NCBI GenBank assembly: GCA_963823665.1
Contig: CAWGMQ010000010.1
Location: 2,432,001-2,496,000, forward strand
Direction of reading: 5' to 3'
DNA: 64,000 nt
Source of the DNA: an uncultured Planctomycetota bacterium
GTDB taxonomy: Bacteria > Planctomycetota > Planctomycetia > Isosphaerales > Isosphaeraceae
Shown here: positions 28,343 to 39,225 of the stretch, in pieces
How positions within the stretch are numbered: the first letter of the stretch is position 1
How the letters are laid out: every line of letters begins with the position of its first letter
Notes under the pieces: model-generated
The model's input: the letters and a program-made list of their open reading frames with translations, nothing else
What the model was told of the DNA's origin: nothing
Database searches by the model: none
Position numbers and translations under genes: made by a program

Positions 28343-29701
28343 TCAGTTTTCTCCTCTTTTTGAATCGGCCTTTCCTACCATACTATGTTTATTTTTCTTC
28401 TTGAAGACGTCATCCAACCAGTCGAATTCGATCTGGTGCTTGAGGCTTGGGTTATTGAGGTTGCAGTGAATCTCGCCGCCATCCACAAAGCGAATCACAC
28501 GCTCCGTCTTCGGACAGGTCAGCTTCGCGTAGAACTTATGACCTTCACTCGCCACCAACGGCCCTTCGCCCTCGGAGATTATGTACAGCAGGGGGCACGT
28601 AATCTTTCCCTCAAGCCCGGCCAGACTATAACCGCCGAGGCTGTCACAAAAGGCGGCGAGGGACTGCCCGGTCATACCGCATCGGTCCTTGAAGTCCGTC
28701 ACAAAGAGCTTGTTGAGCGGCTCGGAGAGGTCAAGCTTGCTCTCAAGGTCTTTGCCATAGGGCTCATTCGGGTCGAGCTTCACCATGGCCATGAGGATGG
28801 GCTTGCACTCCGGTAGCAGCGAATTAGCGATCACGGCTTTGATGCGATTCTCGTAGGCAGCAGCGCGCGGCGCGAAGTATCCGCCAAAGCTGTGCCCCGA
28901 CAGCGCAAGTCTCTCAGGATCGACATCTTTGCGGGACAGAACATAATCAACCGCGTATCGGGTTGGGACTTCCCAGTCCGGACGATAGGTCAAAGTTGAA
29001 TCCAAGGCGTAAGCGCCGACTTGACCGGGACCTTCCCACAAAAATGCGTTATAGCCACGGCGGACCGCCGCGGCGCCGCCACCCCAGTAATACAGCTCCT
29101 CGCAAGTGGTATCGCCGCCCCCGATGATCATCACGGTCGGACGCGGGCCGCCGATTGCAGAAGCGCGCATGAAATACCCCGGCAACGTCTTCCCGTTTTC
29201 GTAGGGAATGCTGACAGGCTCGATCTGCGGGTCGAACAGCGCCGCAGCTCGCACGAAGCATGATCGGTGGCGCTGGTACATTTCGAGCTGTCTCGGGTCT
29301 TTGCTGTCGAGGTAGAATTGGCCGGTTTTCCAATAGGTGGATGCTCGCAGGAATGCCTCACGAGCACTGACAATATGACCGCCGCTCAGGCAGTCGTGGG
29401 CAATCCGCTCGACCCTCTCTGCGGTTTCACGCCATGCGACATTCCAGCCCTCTAAATCTCCGTCCATGATCCGCCGCGCCGTCGAATACACCTCACCGAC
29501 GGCTCCGCCATCGCCATAGGCGCCAGTGCACATGGCTCTGACGACTTGGTAGTCGAAGTTCGACTTGAAGACTCTTGGCATTCCCGGCGAGTTGCTAAAA
29601 ATGGCTCCGGTTGCCGCCTTCGGTTTTGCCGAGAACACCGTACCTGTCGCTCCACGTTGAACGCTCGTTGATTTAGGATCCGGAAGGGGAATCGTCTTCA
29701 T
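28343..29701 (-). CDS. Alpha/beta hydrolase, paralogue of the preceding gene
   Basis: GGGD, EGPGQ, GHSFGG, HC. Confidence 0.85.
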   Translation of the reverse strand: MKTIPLPDPKSTSVQRGATGTVFSAKPKAATGAIFSNSPGMPRVFKSNFDYQVVRAMCTGAYGDGGAVGEVYSTARRIMDGDLEGWNVAWRETAERVERIAHDCLSGGHIVSAREAFLRASTYWKTGQFYLDSKDPRQLEMYQRHRSCFVRAAALFDPQIEPVSIPYENGKTLPGYFMRASAIGGPRPTVMIIGGGDTTCEELYYWGGGAAAVRRGYNAFLWEGPGQVGAYALDSTLTYRPDWEVPTRYAVDYVLSRKDVDPERLALSGHSFGGYFAPRAAAYENRIKAVIANSLLPECKPILMAMVKLDPNEPYGKDLESKLDLSEPLNKLFVTDFKDRCGMTGQSLAAFCDSLGGYSLAGLEGKITCPLLYIISEGEGPLVASEGHKFYAKLTCPKTERVIRFVDGGEIHCNLNNPSLKHQIEFDWLDDVFKKKNKHSMVGKADSKRGEN

Positions 29702-29729
29702 TTCAATACCTTCCTTTGCCAAAGGGAAC

Positions 29730-29837
29730 AAAAAAACCGACGCGATTGAACACCTGGAAGGTGTTCAATCACGTCGGCTTACTCTGCAACTAGCCACCCG
29801 GCGAACCGGGGTGCAATTTATTTAGTCGTCCGACGAC
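29730..29837 (-). promoter_or_regulatory. Structured leader/attenuator copy 11 (most divergent)
   Basis: Core with compensatory changes, CCCGG-UUCG-CCGGG stem, terminator, U7. Confidence 0.8.
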
Positions 29838-30311
29838 CTGTATCCATTGATCATGCAGCAGCCATTAGCTCCCGCACTCTTCGTATCGTAGGACGGTGAC
29901 TGGCGAACAGCAATGGGCAATCTCGAATTTCGGAAAAAAGAGCAAATGCACATACTATTGCAGCCGTGGTGCGGGTTTCCGTAGTGTTATCCGTAAGTCA
30001 TTCCTCCAATGCGACGCGGGCCGACGAGCGTTGTCGCGGTCCCGCGTCGCTGTCTGGCAGCAGTGGCGAGTGTTCACGCGTGCGCATCCGCCGCGTGGCA
30101 ACACGAGCCGGCCTTTTGAGGAGGCGGCTCGTATTCGTCGTGGCGGCGCCACCTGACGCCGGTTCTCGTTACGCCCCTTGGGGGCGCGGTCGAGCCACTG
30201 GTACATGCCCCAGAAGCCGTCCAGTCCGCGCGCATAGACGACCGGATGGGGTCCATCCGCGACTTGCGTTGACTGGCCACGGTGGGGTTCCTGTCCGGGT
30301 TCCGTGAGGAC

Positions 30312-30701
30312 TCAACGGCCCCGGAGCACCAGTCCGGTGATGAGCCCAGCCACCAGGCCGATGCCAAAGGCCGCGATCACTGTCTCCGTCGGGTGGCTGT
30401 GGACCAGACCCTCGGCACTGTCGTACCGTTCGCGGATCTGGTCGCTCGCCTGTTGGGCGTACCGGCCGGCGGCCTCCGACGCATGCGCGACCGCCGATGA
30501 GCCGCGCGAGGTCATATCGGAGAAGAACTTCTCGATCGCCTCACGTTTCTCGCCGGTCTTCTGCTGGATCCGGCCCACGAGTTGCTCGATATTTCCCTCT
30601 AGCGCCTGGAGATCGTCCTCAGTCAACTGGTTCCAGTGCGCCCTTGCCAGGGCGCAGATCTGATTCCAATCTCCGTGAAACGTCTGCACGTGAGTCGCCA
30701 T
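30312..30701 (-). CDS. CsbD-like protein with DUF883/ElaB-like C-terminal anchor
   Basis: W.QLTEDDL..G..EQLVGRIQQKTGE; HP..AFGIGLVAG. Confidence 0.8.
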   Translation of the reverse strand: MATHVQTFHGDWNQICALARAHWNQLTEDDLQALEGNIEQLVGRIQQKTGEKREAIEKFFSDMTSRGSSAVAHASEAAGRYAQQASDQIRERYDSAEGLVHSHPTETVIAAFGIGLVAGLITGLVLRGR

Positions 30702-30729
30702 GATCTTCGATCGAAGGCGCTGCGGCGCC

Positions 30730-31212
30730 TCAATCCCTGACCGGATCAATCGGCCCATTCGGCCGCTCCGCTCCCCGGGCCGACGGTGAGAGACCGCTCG
30801 GACTTACCGTCCTCGTCGGCTGAATTTGCTCGAGCCAATGCAGCGTGTAATTCTGGCCCGCACGGACGGCCACCGGCAACAAGAAATCCCAGTTGGCGAG
30901 CAGAATACTCCAGCCGATCCTCGAGCGTTCCTGACCGTCGGCGCTGGCGCCCGCGACCGGTTCAGCAGCAAGGGCCCCGTCAGCCGGGCGTGCGTCGCTG
31001 GCCCTGACCTTCGGGTGCCTTCCCGTGTAGACCAGATAGCCGACCGCCGCCGCCGCGCCCAGGGCGATCCAGGGATACATCCACGTGTACCGTCCCCAGT
31101 CGATGACAGCCTCGGCGCCGGCGACGGATTCGCTCACGTGTTCATGGCGCTCGCGGCGGATCGCCGCCATCTGATGATAGATCTCATCGACGTCATTCGA
31201 TCCCGTGACCAC
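30730..31212 (-). CDS. Hypothetical membrane protein (paralogue of 55857-56390)
   Basis: Shared DWGRYTWMYPWI.LGAAAA.GYL. Confidence 0.65.
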   Translation of the reverse strand: MVTGSNDVDEIYHQMAAIRRERHEHVSESVAGAEAVIDWGRYTWMYPWIALGAAAAVGYLVYTGRHPKVRASDARPADGALAAEPVAGASADGQERSRIGWSILLANWDFLLPVAVRAGQNYTLHWLEQIQPTRTVSPSGLSPSARGAERPNGPIDPVRD

Positions 31213-31391
31213 GGCTGACTCCCTGTAGTTTCCCGGAATCTGCCCCGAATCATTGAATGAACGGTGTTCGGGCAGCCTCACGACGAAACTGCCCCCGCCA
31301 AACAAGACCAAAGGACCGTCCGCCTCCTCCTCAAGCCGAAGACCAGCGAGATCACGAAGAGGACCAGGAAAACGAACCGCAACAAGCGCGC

Positions 31392-31700
31392 TCAGCGCCC
31401 TGCGTTCTTCATCTTGTCACCGACGTTGTGCACAACATCCTTGGTCTGTTCGGCAACGGTGTGCGCTGCGTCCTTGACCTTCTCGCCGACATTGTGTGCG
31501 GCGTCCTTGGTCTTTTCGGCCACATTGTGCACGGCGTCCTTGACCTTGACTCCGGCGTCATGCGCGACATCCTTGACCTTCACGCCGGTATCGTGCGCGA
31601 CGTCCTTGACTTTCTCCGCGGCATCGTGAAATCCCTCTTTCGGCCAAATCCTCGAGCGGAGAATTTGAGAGCCTCGCGCTTCGCATGCCGCCGACGGCAC
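31392..31700 (-). CDS. LEA/YtxH-like 11-mer repeat protein (start uncertain)
   Basis: Tandem KVKDAAHNVGE-type 11-aa (33-bp) repeats at 31420-31627. Confidence 0.65.
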   Translation of the reverse strand: MPSAACEARGSQILRSRIWPKEGFHDAAEKVKDVAHDTGVKVKDVAHDAGVKVKDAVHNVAEKTKDAAHNVGEKVKDAAHTVAEQTKDVVHNVGDKMKNAGR

Positions 31701-31838
31701 CGTAAAGTCCGGTCCGACGTTGCCGCAGAGGTATGACCCGTCCCGCGCGGAACTCTAACAAATCGTGGCGAAAACAACGGTTGCACGCCGATCAGATGTC
31801 CCAGGATCGGTCTACGGATTTCGACACGGAGTGTCCAG

Positions 31839-32357
31839 ATGAGCCGCTACATCCTTCCTCTATTAGCCATCCTCTCATTCTCGGGCTGTAGCGTGCTCGA
31901 GCGCGTTGATATCGCGCTTGATGAACTCGACATGACGAACAAACAGCTTGCCAGGACCAACGAACAGATCGCCACCATCAGTGAGCAGATGACCGCGACG
32001 CAGGCCTCGTTGCTCGAGTCGAATCGTCTGGTCGTCGAATCCAACCGCCTGGTAGCACTCAGCATTGCAAACGTCGTGACTTCCAACTCCAAAATGGATT
32101 TGTCGAATGAGAACATGACAAAGAGCAATGAGAACATGACAAAGACGCTTGCCGCAATGGCCGAGACGAACAAGAACGTCACTCGCAGCAACGCTCTCAT
32201 CGTCGAATCAAATGCGAACATGATAAAAACGCTGGCTGGAATGGCGGAGATGAGCAACAACGTCACTCGCAGCAACGCACTGATGACTGAGACAAATCAG
32301 AAACTAGGTGTCGTCACTCAGTTAATCGAGAAGATCCCAGGGTTCAAAAAAGAGTAG
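31839..32357 (+). CDS. Coiled-coil repeat lipoprotein
   Basis: LSFSGC lipobox; SN..M/V heptad repeats. Confidence 0.65.
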   Translation: MSRYILPLLAILSFSGCSVLERVDIALDELDMTNKQLARTNEQIATISEQMTATQASLLESNRLVVESNRLVALSIANVVTSNSKMDLSNENMTKSNENMTKTLAAMAETNKNVTRSNALIVESNANMIKTLAGMAEMSNNVTRSNALMTETNQKLGVVTQLIEKIPGFKKE

Positions 32358-32452
32358 ACGACCGGCTCGCTGCCCCGGCGGCTGAAAATCAAGGAGATGA
32401 CTTGGAGAAGGCCGTAGGCCGGAATTCACGACGGTCGGCGAGCCACCATTCC

Positions 32453-32758
32453 CTACAGTCCTGAATCACGATCGCTGATTATCTTCTTGAGCCCCGGATG
32501 GTGATGATCGAGAAACTCTTCCGCCTTGACGAGCGCGGTCTGTGGACCACCCTCTTTCGCGAAAATCGTGTGCGACGGTCCCTGAGCGATGGCTTGCGCC
32601 CTCGCCTCGGATAACGTGATGATCGAAGCCACGCCCGAACCGGCCTTCGATCCGGGGCTGGCGATAACGAGGTAATGGAACCACGTCGTCGGCAACTCGC
32701 CGTCGCCGCCGTTCTCTTCCTCGCCGTAGTAGGTCATCGTGCGGTGTAGGGCCATCAA
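32453..32758 (-). CDS. Hypothetical protein
   Basis: Isolated ORF with GAGG RBS. Confidence 0.5.
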   Translation of the reverse strand: MMALHRTMTYYGEEENGGDGELPTTWFHYLVIASPGSKAGSGVASIITLSEARAQAIAQGPSHTIFAKEGGPQTALVKAEEFLDHHHPGLKKIISDRDSGL

Positions 32759-32935
32759 TCACCTCAGGGGTCGCTCGGACTCATCTTCTGCCGCCAAAGG
32801 GCCAATATAGCGTAACCATCCGTTGATTTCGACCATCCCAGCGAAGGTCAAACAGCCGCCTCCCACCTCATGCCAGAAGATCAACGGTACGACGGGGCAT
32901 AGATCTCCAAAGAATGCTCACATCACGCGCATGAC

Positions 32936-33607
32936 TCACTCGTTTTCCAGCATCCATTTGGTGGCGTAGTGGGCAAGTGCCGTGCCATCGCTCAGGTTTA
33001 GTTTCGCCCGGATGCGGTCGCGGTAGGTCTCGATGGTCTTGACGCTCAGGTGAAGTTGATCGGCAATTTCCGCGGTCTTCAAGCCCCGGCCGATCAGACG
33101 AAAGACCTCCAATTCGCGATCGGCCAGCGCGTGCAGCGGCGACCGCGTGACTTTCTCTTGCCCCCCGCCGACGGCGCGGTGAAGCATCGTCTCGACCATT
33201 GCGTCGCTGAGATAGACCTTCCCTTCCCGCACCCGCCGGATGGCTTCGACAATCTTGTTCGTGGCCTGATCTTTGGTGATGTAGCCCAGCGCACCGGCCT
33301 TGAGCGCACGCTCGGCGTAGAGCGATTCACTGTGCGTTGACCATACCAGCATGCGCACCGTCTCGTTCCGGTCCTTGATCCGCTTGATCAGGTCGATGCC
33401 GCAGCCGGTCTTGAGCGAGATATCGACAACCGCCACATCAGGCTGGGTGAGGGAGACCTGGCGTAGGGCGTCGCTCAAGTCGGCGGCCTCGCCGCAGACT
33501 TCGAGGTCCGACTGCCGGCCAATCCGCATGGCTAACGCCTCGCGCACGGCCGGGTGGTCATCGACGATCAGGACTCTCGCTCGTTTCTTGCTCTTGTTAT
33601 TGCTCAT
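32936..33607 (-). CDS. NarL/LuxR family response regulator
   Basis: VDDHP..VDISL..ITK; LADRELEVF..LSVKTIETY. Confidence 0.92.
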   Translation of the reverse strand: MSNNKSKKRARVLIVDDHPAVREALAMRIGRQSDLEVCGEAADLSDALRQVSLTQPDVAVVDISLKTGCGIDLIKRIKDRNETVRMLVWSTHSESLYAERALKAGALGYITKDQATNKIVEAIRRVREGKVYLSDAMVETMLHRAVGGGQEKVTRSPLHALADRELEVFRLIGRGLKTAEIADQLHLSVKTIETYRDRIRAKLNLSDGTALAHYATKWMLENE

Positions 33608-36600
33608 TGTTCTTCCTCGCTAAAGCACACGTGACCACGGTCCCCGCGGGCTTCGCCGGCTCGATTGTCAAGGTCGCGCCGATGATCGCCGCGCAGTTGC
33701 GCATGATGCGGAATCCCAATCCGTCGTGGTTCTCGGCCGGGTGATCGGGGATGCCGATACCGTCATCCTGCACCTTGAGGACCAGGAGTTGATCGGACAC
33801 CACGGAAATGCGGACGTTCCGGCACCGGGCGTGCTTCACCGCGTTATGAACCGCTTCCTGGGCGATGAGATAGAGGTGGGTTGCGATGACGTTGTCCTCG
33901 ACAGGGACCGGCGCGGGGCAGTCAAACTTGCATCTCACTTTATCCTTTTGCTGCGTACGGCTGGCGAGGTCCGAAAGCGCGGACATGAGCCCTTCAGCAT
34001 CGACTGAAACGGGTAGGAGCCCGCGCATGACGGCCCGAAGCTCTTGTTGGCTGCGCTGCAATCCCTGCACCAGCACCTCGACCAACTGCGACGCCTTCGC
34101 GGGATCCGAACGCAGGGTCTCGGCCAGGTCGCCGGCAAGCATGTTGAGCGCGGTCAGTTCCTGGCTCACGCTGTCGTGCAGATCCTGACCGATGCGTCGC
34201 TGCTCAAGAGATGCGATCTCCACGACCTCGCGCTCCAGCTCCTTGCTCCGGCTGATGTCGCGCCCGGTCACCGAGGCACTCACGACCTTCCCATCGCCAT
34301 CCCGGATCGGCGAAATCGTGATCGCCACCGCGCGACGCCGCCCGTCCTTGCGGATCCGTTCGGTCTCGAGCTGCTCGACGTACTCGCCGCGCGCCAGCGT
34401 GGCCATGACCTCGGCCCATTCGGCGGTGCGATCTTCCGGAACGAGCATCTTGACCGATCGGCCCACGGCCTCCTCGCGGCTGTACCCGTAAAGCCGCTCG
34501 GCGCCGCCGTTCCAGGTTCTGATCGTCCCGTCGAGGTCCTTGCTGAATATCGCGTCCACAGAGTTTTCGACGACGGCGGCAAGGCGCCGGATGACCGCGT
34601 CCGCGGCCGCTTTGCGCTCCGTGATATCCACGAACGTAATCACGACTCCATCGATCCGGTTGTCCAGGGTGCGATAGGGCATGATCCGCCGAACGCACCA
34701 GCGGTCGTCCTTGGTGAGGACCTCCTTTTCGCGCGGCGTCAGGTCGTGCAGGAGCTCTTGGGCCTCGTGCAGCAGTTCGGCGTCGGTAAAGCTCGTGACC
34801 AGGTCGGCAATCGGCCGGCCAATATCGGTGGCAATCAGGTTGAACATGCGCGTGGCGGGCGGCGTGAACAACTTGATCCGGAGGCGGGCGTCCAGGAATA
34901 CGGTGGCTATATGGGTCGCGTTCAGGAGATTAGCCATGTCGTTACTGGCCGACTCCACTTCCGCGACCTTGTCATGGAGCTGGCTGTTGACGGTGCTCAG
35001 CTCTTCGTTGAGGGATTGCAGCTCTTCCTTGGAGGTCTCCAGCTCCTCGTTGGCGGACTGGAGCTCCTCGTTCATCGACATGACCTCTTCGTTCGACGCC
35101 TTGAGTTCCTCGTTGGCACTCTCCATCTCCTCGATGGTGCCTTGCAGGTCATCACGCGTGGTCTCCAGCTCCTGCTCAAGCCGGCGCAGCGACTCCGGCT
35201 CTGCTGGCTCAGCGAGTGTTCGTGCATCGTACAGCGCTTCACCGGAAGGATTCGGCTGCTCGTGGAACGAGATCAGCAGCAGACCTGCGGCCTGTTTGGG
35301 CGCGTCGAAAGGCTCCGCCCCGATGTTCACCCGGCGGACGCCGCCCTCATGGCGCATCATCACGCCTTCGATGCTTTGAGCTGCGTTTTCGCGGATGGCC
35401 CGGCGGATAACCACGCGCAGCTTGGGCTCGAGGGACTTGCGCACAGAGAAAGCAGGTGCTGGGTCGGTGGACCGCCTGGCTGAACAAGGTAGTCCTCGGT
35501 CGGCCCGGCAAAGTGCAAGACCTCGTAGTCGCGGTTGATCACAACGCAAGCCAGACGAAACCGGCGCAACAAGGAGTTCTGCGCCAGCTCCGCCAACTTC
35601 GGGGGAGCATGGGGCGGGCTGGCCGGTTGCGGCTTGGCCGGGCGTGGCTCCGATTGCATCGCCGGGAATTGCAAGCCGTCCGCTCGTGCCGGGCCGATGC
35701 GCCGGTAAATGCGCCATTTCTTGGAGACCGGCTCGAACAGGTCGGTTTGCCCGCCAACCGTCTCCGACGGTCCCAGGAACAGGTAGCCTCCCTCTTTGAG
35801 CGCGAAGTGCAACAGGGTGATTATCTTCTTCTCCATCTCCGGTTCGACGTAAATCAGCAAGTTTCGGCAACTGATCAGGTCCATCCTGGAAAAGGGGGCT
35901 TCGGTGATCAGATTCTGCACCGCAAACGTCACTGTTTCTCGCACTTGTTTGCTGATCTGCCAGGCGGATTCGTTCGCCCGCGTGAAAAAGCGGGCCAGCC
36001 GTTCCGACGAGACATCGGCGGCGATGCCCTCGGGATAGACTCCCCGGCGGGCGAGCGCGAGCGAGTGTTCATCGACATCCGTGGCGAAGATTTGCAGGCG
36101 GCGGAAGTTTTGCGCCGCAGTCTGATGTTCGAGCAGCAGCATGGCGAGGGAATAAGGCTCTTCACCCGTCGCGCAACCGGGAACCCAGACTCGCAAGGGT
36201 GCGTCGGCATTCTTCGCGTGAATGAGCGGGGTGATGACCTCCGCCTCCAAAGCGTTGAAGGCATCCGGGTCGCGGAAGAAACTGGTCACGCTCACCAGGA
36301 GATCGCGAGCGAGTCGCCTGACCTCCTCCGGATGTTCGCGCAGGTGAGCAAGGTATTCCGCGACGTTATCGAAGCGGCTCAGTCCCATGCGCCGTTCCAA
36401 CCGCCGACCGAGTGTTTTCTTGCGATAGCTGTGAAAATCGAACTTGGTGCGGGCATAGAGGAGAGCGAGCACCTGGTTGAGCTGGTCCGGGTTCTCACTG
36501 ACGGCGGCGACCCCTCCCGCTCTCTTGTGGCCGTGCTGCACGTACTTGACGAGCGCTTCCGGCATCTTCTCGACGGGCAAGACATAGTCGGCCAGACCCG

Positions 36601-37249
36601 TGGCGATGGCACTCTCGGGCATCGTGGGGTAACCGGCCGTCTTGGGATCCTGAACCATGGCCATGCCACCCTCGGCCTTGACGGCCTCAAGCCCGACCGT
36701 CCCGTGCGACCCGGTCCCGCTCAGGATGATGCAGATCGCTTTTTCCTGCTGGTCGTCGGCCAGCGAGCGCAGAAAGAGATCGATCGATGTCCGCCAGTTG
36801 CCGTGCGCCACCGGCCCGGTCAGCCGGAGCACGCCACCGACGATGGTCATGTTCCTGTTGGGCGGGATGACGTAGACGCGGTTGGCCTCGACGGCCATGC
36901 CTTGAGCGGCCTCGACGACTGGCATGGACGTGTGCCTGGTGAGCAGCTCGACCATCAGGCTTTCGTGCGTCGGGTCGAGGTGGGGAATGAGGACGAAGGC
37001 GATACCGCTGTCCGCGGGCATTGTGACGAAGAATTTCTTGAAGGCGTCAAGCCCGCCGGCCGAAGCGACCAGCCCTGCCACGGGCAGCTTCCGCCCACCT
37101 CGTTCGCTCGCCGGGACATCCTCGTTGGCCTGCGTCGGCGACAATTCGTCGCTTGGTTCAGCAACGTTGACAGGACGTTTCGGCTGCGGCGACCGCTTGG
37201 CAATTTGGGAAGCCGTCGCACGCCCCCTTCCTCGTTTCTTCGCGGCCAT
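33597..37249 (-). pseudogene. CheB-CheR-PAS-HisKA_3 fusion sensor kinase, one frameshift near 35444
   Basis: ASAGG and ILSGTGSHG (CheB), GCATGEE and SCRN (CheR), EELQS coil, DLHDS H-box; split over two ORFs. Confidence 0.85.
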
Positions 37250-37479
37250 CCCCGTTCCTCCGTCATCGAGCAAGCTTTCTCGTCTCTCATTCTAGCCACC
37301 GCTGCACGAACCGCGAGCCGGAATATGCCAGGCGCCCGGTGTCGGGGTTTCCCCCACAGTAAGTTTTCCGCGTCCCCGACTTTCGGGTCACTGGTGCGTC
37401 CGATTATGGTATTCGAGACTGTGCTGTGTTCCGCACAGCGGGACGACGGAGCCAACCGGGAAAAGTCGAGAGATCGTCC

Positions 37480-37911
37480 ATGAAACAACGTCTGCTCATT
37501 GCTGATCACGATGCCGAGCTGCGCGAGCGCTACCGAAAGTTTCTGACAGAGCGGGGCTACCACGTGCAAACCTCCACAGACGGTCTGGACTGCCTGGCGA
37601 AACTGCGTGAGGCGACGCCGGCCGTGCTCGTGCTGGATCTGGAGCTTCTTTGGGGTGGAGGTGACGGCGTGCTTGCCTGGCTGCGCGAGGAGCGTCGAGC
37701 GCCCAGGATCCCCGTGCTGCTCACGGCCAGCGCTCCCGATCGGCAGGATATGGGCGAATTCAACGGGCCGCCCGTCGTGGACTATCTGCCGAAGCCCTTT
37801 GCGCTCGACGGTCTGCTTCAGAGTATCCGCTCCGCCACCGCCAAAAAGGACCGAACGCCGCCGTCAAACCTGGATCGAGTTCCTGGCTACCCTTGGCTTT
37901 CTGTCGATTAG
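37480..37911 (+). CDS. Single-domain response regulator
   Basis: LLIADHD..VLDL..YLPKPF. Confidence 0.8.
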   Translation: MKQRLLIADHDAELRERYRKFLTERGYHVQTSTDGLDCLAKLREATPAVLVLDLELLWGGGDGVLAWLREERRAPRIPVLLTASAPDRQDMGEFNGPPVVDYLPKPFALDGLLQSIRSATAKKDRTPPSNLDRVPGYPWLSVD

Positions 37912-38151
37912 GTAAGGGGTACCGTCGATGATCCAGTCCGACCCGCCCATGGTCCGGTCTATCGGTGAGCACCCCAAGGAGGAAAAGGACTCGATCCGGG
38001 CGACCGCTCTGCTCCCCACGCAGTGCGTGGAAGACCACTGCCTGGCCGAACGAGTCGAGGTCAATAACTCATGACTCAGGCTATATCAGAAAGTGTAGGC
38101 GATCGCCCTTGCGGGCCTGCGACTGCGCATCGGGAAATCTCTAACTTCGGT

Positions 38152-38592
38152 GTGAAGTCCCTGGGCGAGATCGAAGCCGCCATTTGCGAAGTCATCAGGC
38201 GTTTTGAACACGAGTACGTCGGCCGCGGGCCCAGGGACATTCGCGCCCACCTGATCGGTGATCTCCTCGTTGTCCGCCTTCAGGGAGTGTTGACCGCTGC
38301 TGAACAGCAACTGGTCAAGTCGTTCGCAGCCGACAGGGGCAGGGACCTGGTCAAACAAGTACGGACGCACCTGATCGAAACGGCGCGGCCGGTGATTGAA
38401 GCCGTGATCCAAGCGGTCACAGGCGTCGAGGTGTTGAGCCTGCACCACGACATCAGCACCGTGACCGGCGAAGAGGTCGTCCTCTTCACCCTGGCCGAGT
38501 CGCCGAATTTTAGGCAGCCAACGAAACGATACGGCTACGAGTCGGGATCGGCGTCGTACCTGAGGCCGGGAACGATACGATCGAGCAAGTGA
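38152..38592 (+). CDS. DUF2294 (MpsC/YbcI-like) protein
   Basis: Close paralogue of 21270-21647. Confidence 0.85.
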   Translation: MKSLGEIEAAICEVIRRFEHEYVGRGPRDIRAHLIGDLLVVRLQGVLTAAEQQLVKSFAADRGRDLVKQVRTHLIETARPVIEAVIQAVTGVEVLSLHHDISTVTGEEVVLFTLAESPNFRQPTKRYGYESGSASYLRPGTIRSSK

Positions 38593-38656
38593 TGGAGCGG
38601 CTACGAACACGGGGTCTCTTCCGAGCAGACTAACCAATTACCGCAGTGGCCAGGAC

Positions 38657-39193
38657 ATGGACCAACCTAACTCAAACCGCAAGGAGGCTTCTGACACGCG
38701 ACAACCACAAGCGAATCTCACTGATCCACCAGAGGAGACGAGCCACGCGGCCGAATTCGAGCCAACGGTCCGGCAGCCCCGCGAAAAGCCCGGCGTGCTC
38801 GTAGTCGATGACGAACACATGGTGCGGATCATGGTGCAACTGGGCCTGGAGCGAAGCGGCTTTGACGTGTTGTTAGCCCGGAGTGGACCTGAAGCGATCG
38901 ATCTCTATCGCGGGCACGCGGAAGAGATTGCGGTGGTGCTGCTCGACACCTGCATGCCCGGGCTGGACGGGCTGGATACACTCAAGGTCTTGCGCGAACT
39001 GAATCCCGATGTCCTGGCCTGTTTCATGAGCACCGAATCCAGCGCCTACGAGCCGGAAGAGCTGGTAGCGCGCGGGGCCGCCTATGTCATCAGCAAGCCG
39101 TTTCGACTGGACGACCTGGCGAGCATCCTCACTCTGCTTGCCCATCACGTGTCCACCGATCTTCGCCCGTCCGGCAGGGCATGCCGACGGTGA
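38657..39193 (+). CDS. Response regulator receiver protein
   Basis: VVDDE..LLDTCMPG..SKPF. Confidence 0.85.
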   Translation: MDQPNSNRKEASDTRQPQANLTDPPEETSHAAEFEPTVRQPREKPGVLVVDDEHMVRIMVQLGLERSGFDVLLARSGPEAIDLYRGHAEEIAVVLLDTCMPGLDGLDTLKVLRELNPDVLACFMSTESSAYEPEELVARGAAYVISKPFRLDDLASILTLLAHHVSTDLRPSGRACRR

Positions 39194-39225
39194 ACCAGGC
39201 AAGAGGCCGAATCGCGGAGCCGCCG

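Noticed and set aside
34044..37483. Long plus-strand ORFs (479 and 675 aa) and similar antisense ORFs elsewhere
   Set aside because: Shadow ORFs opposite well-supported genes in high-GC DNA, with no recognisable motifs.
37927..38073. Short ORF MIQSDPP..LAERVE
   Set aside because: Under 50 aa with no recognisable domain; may be a remnant.
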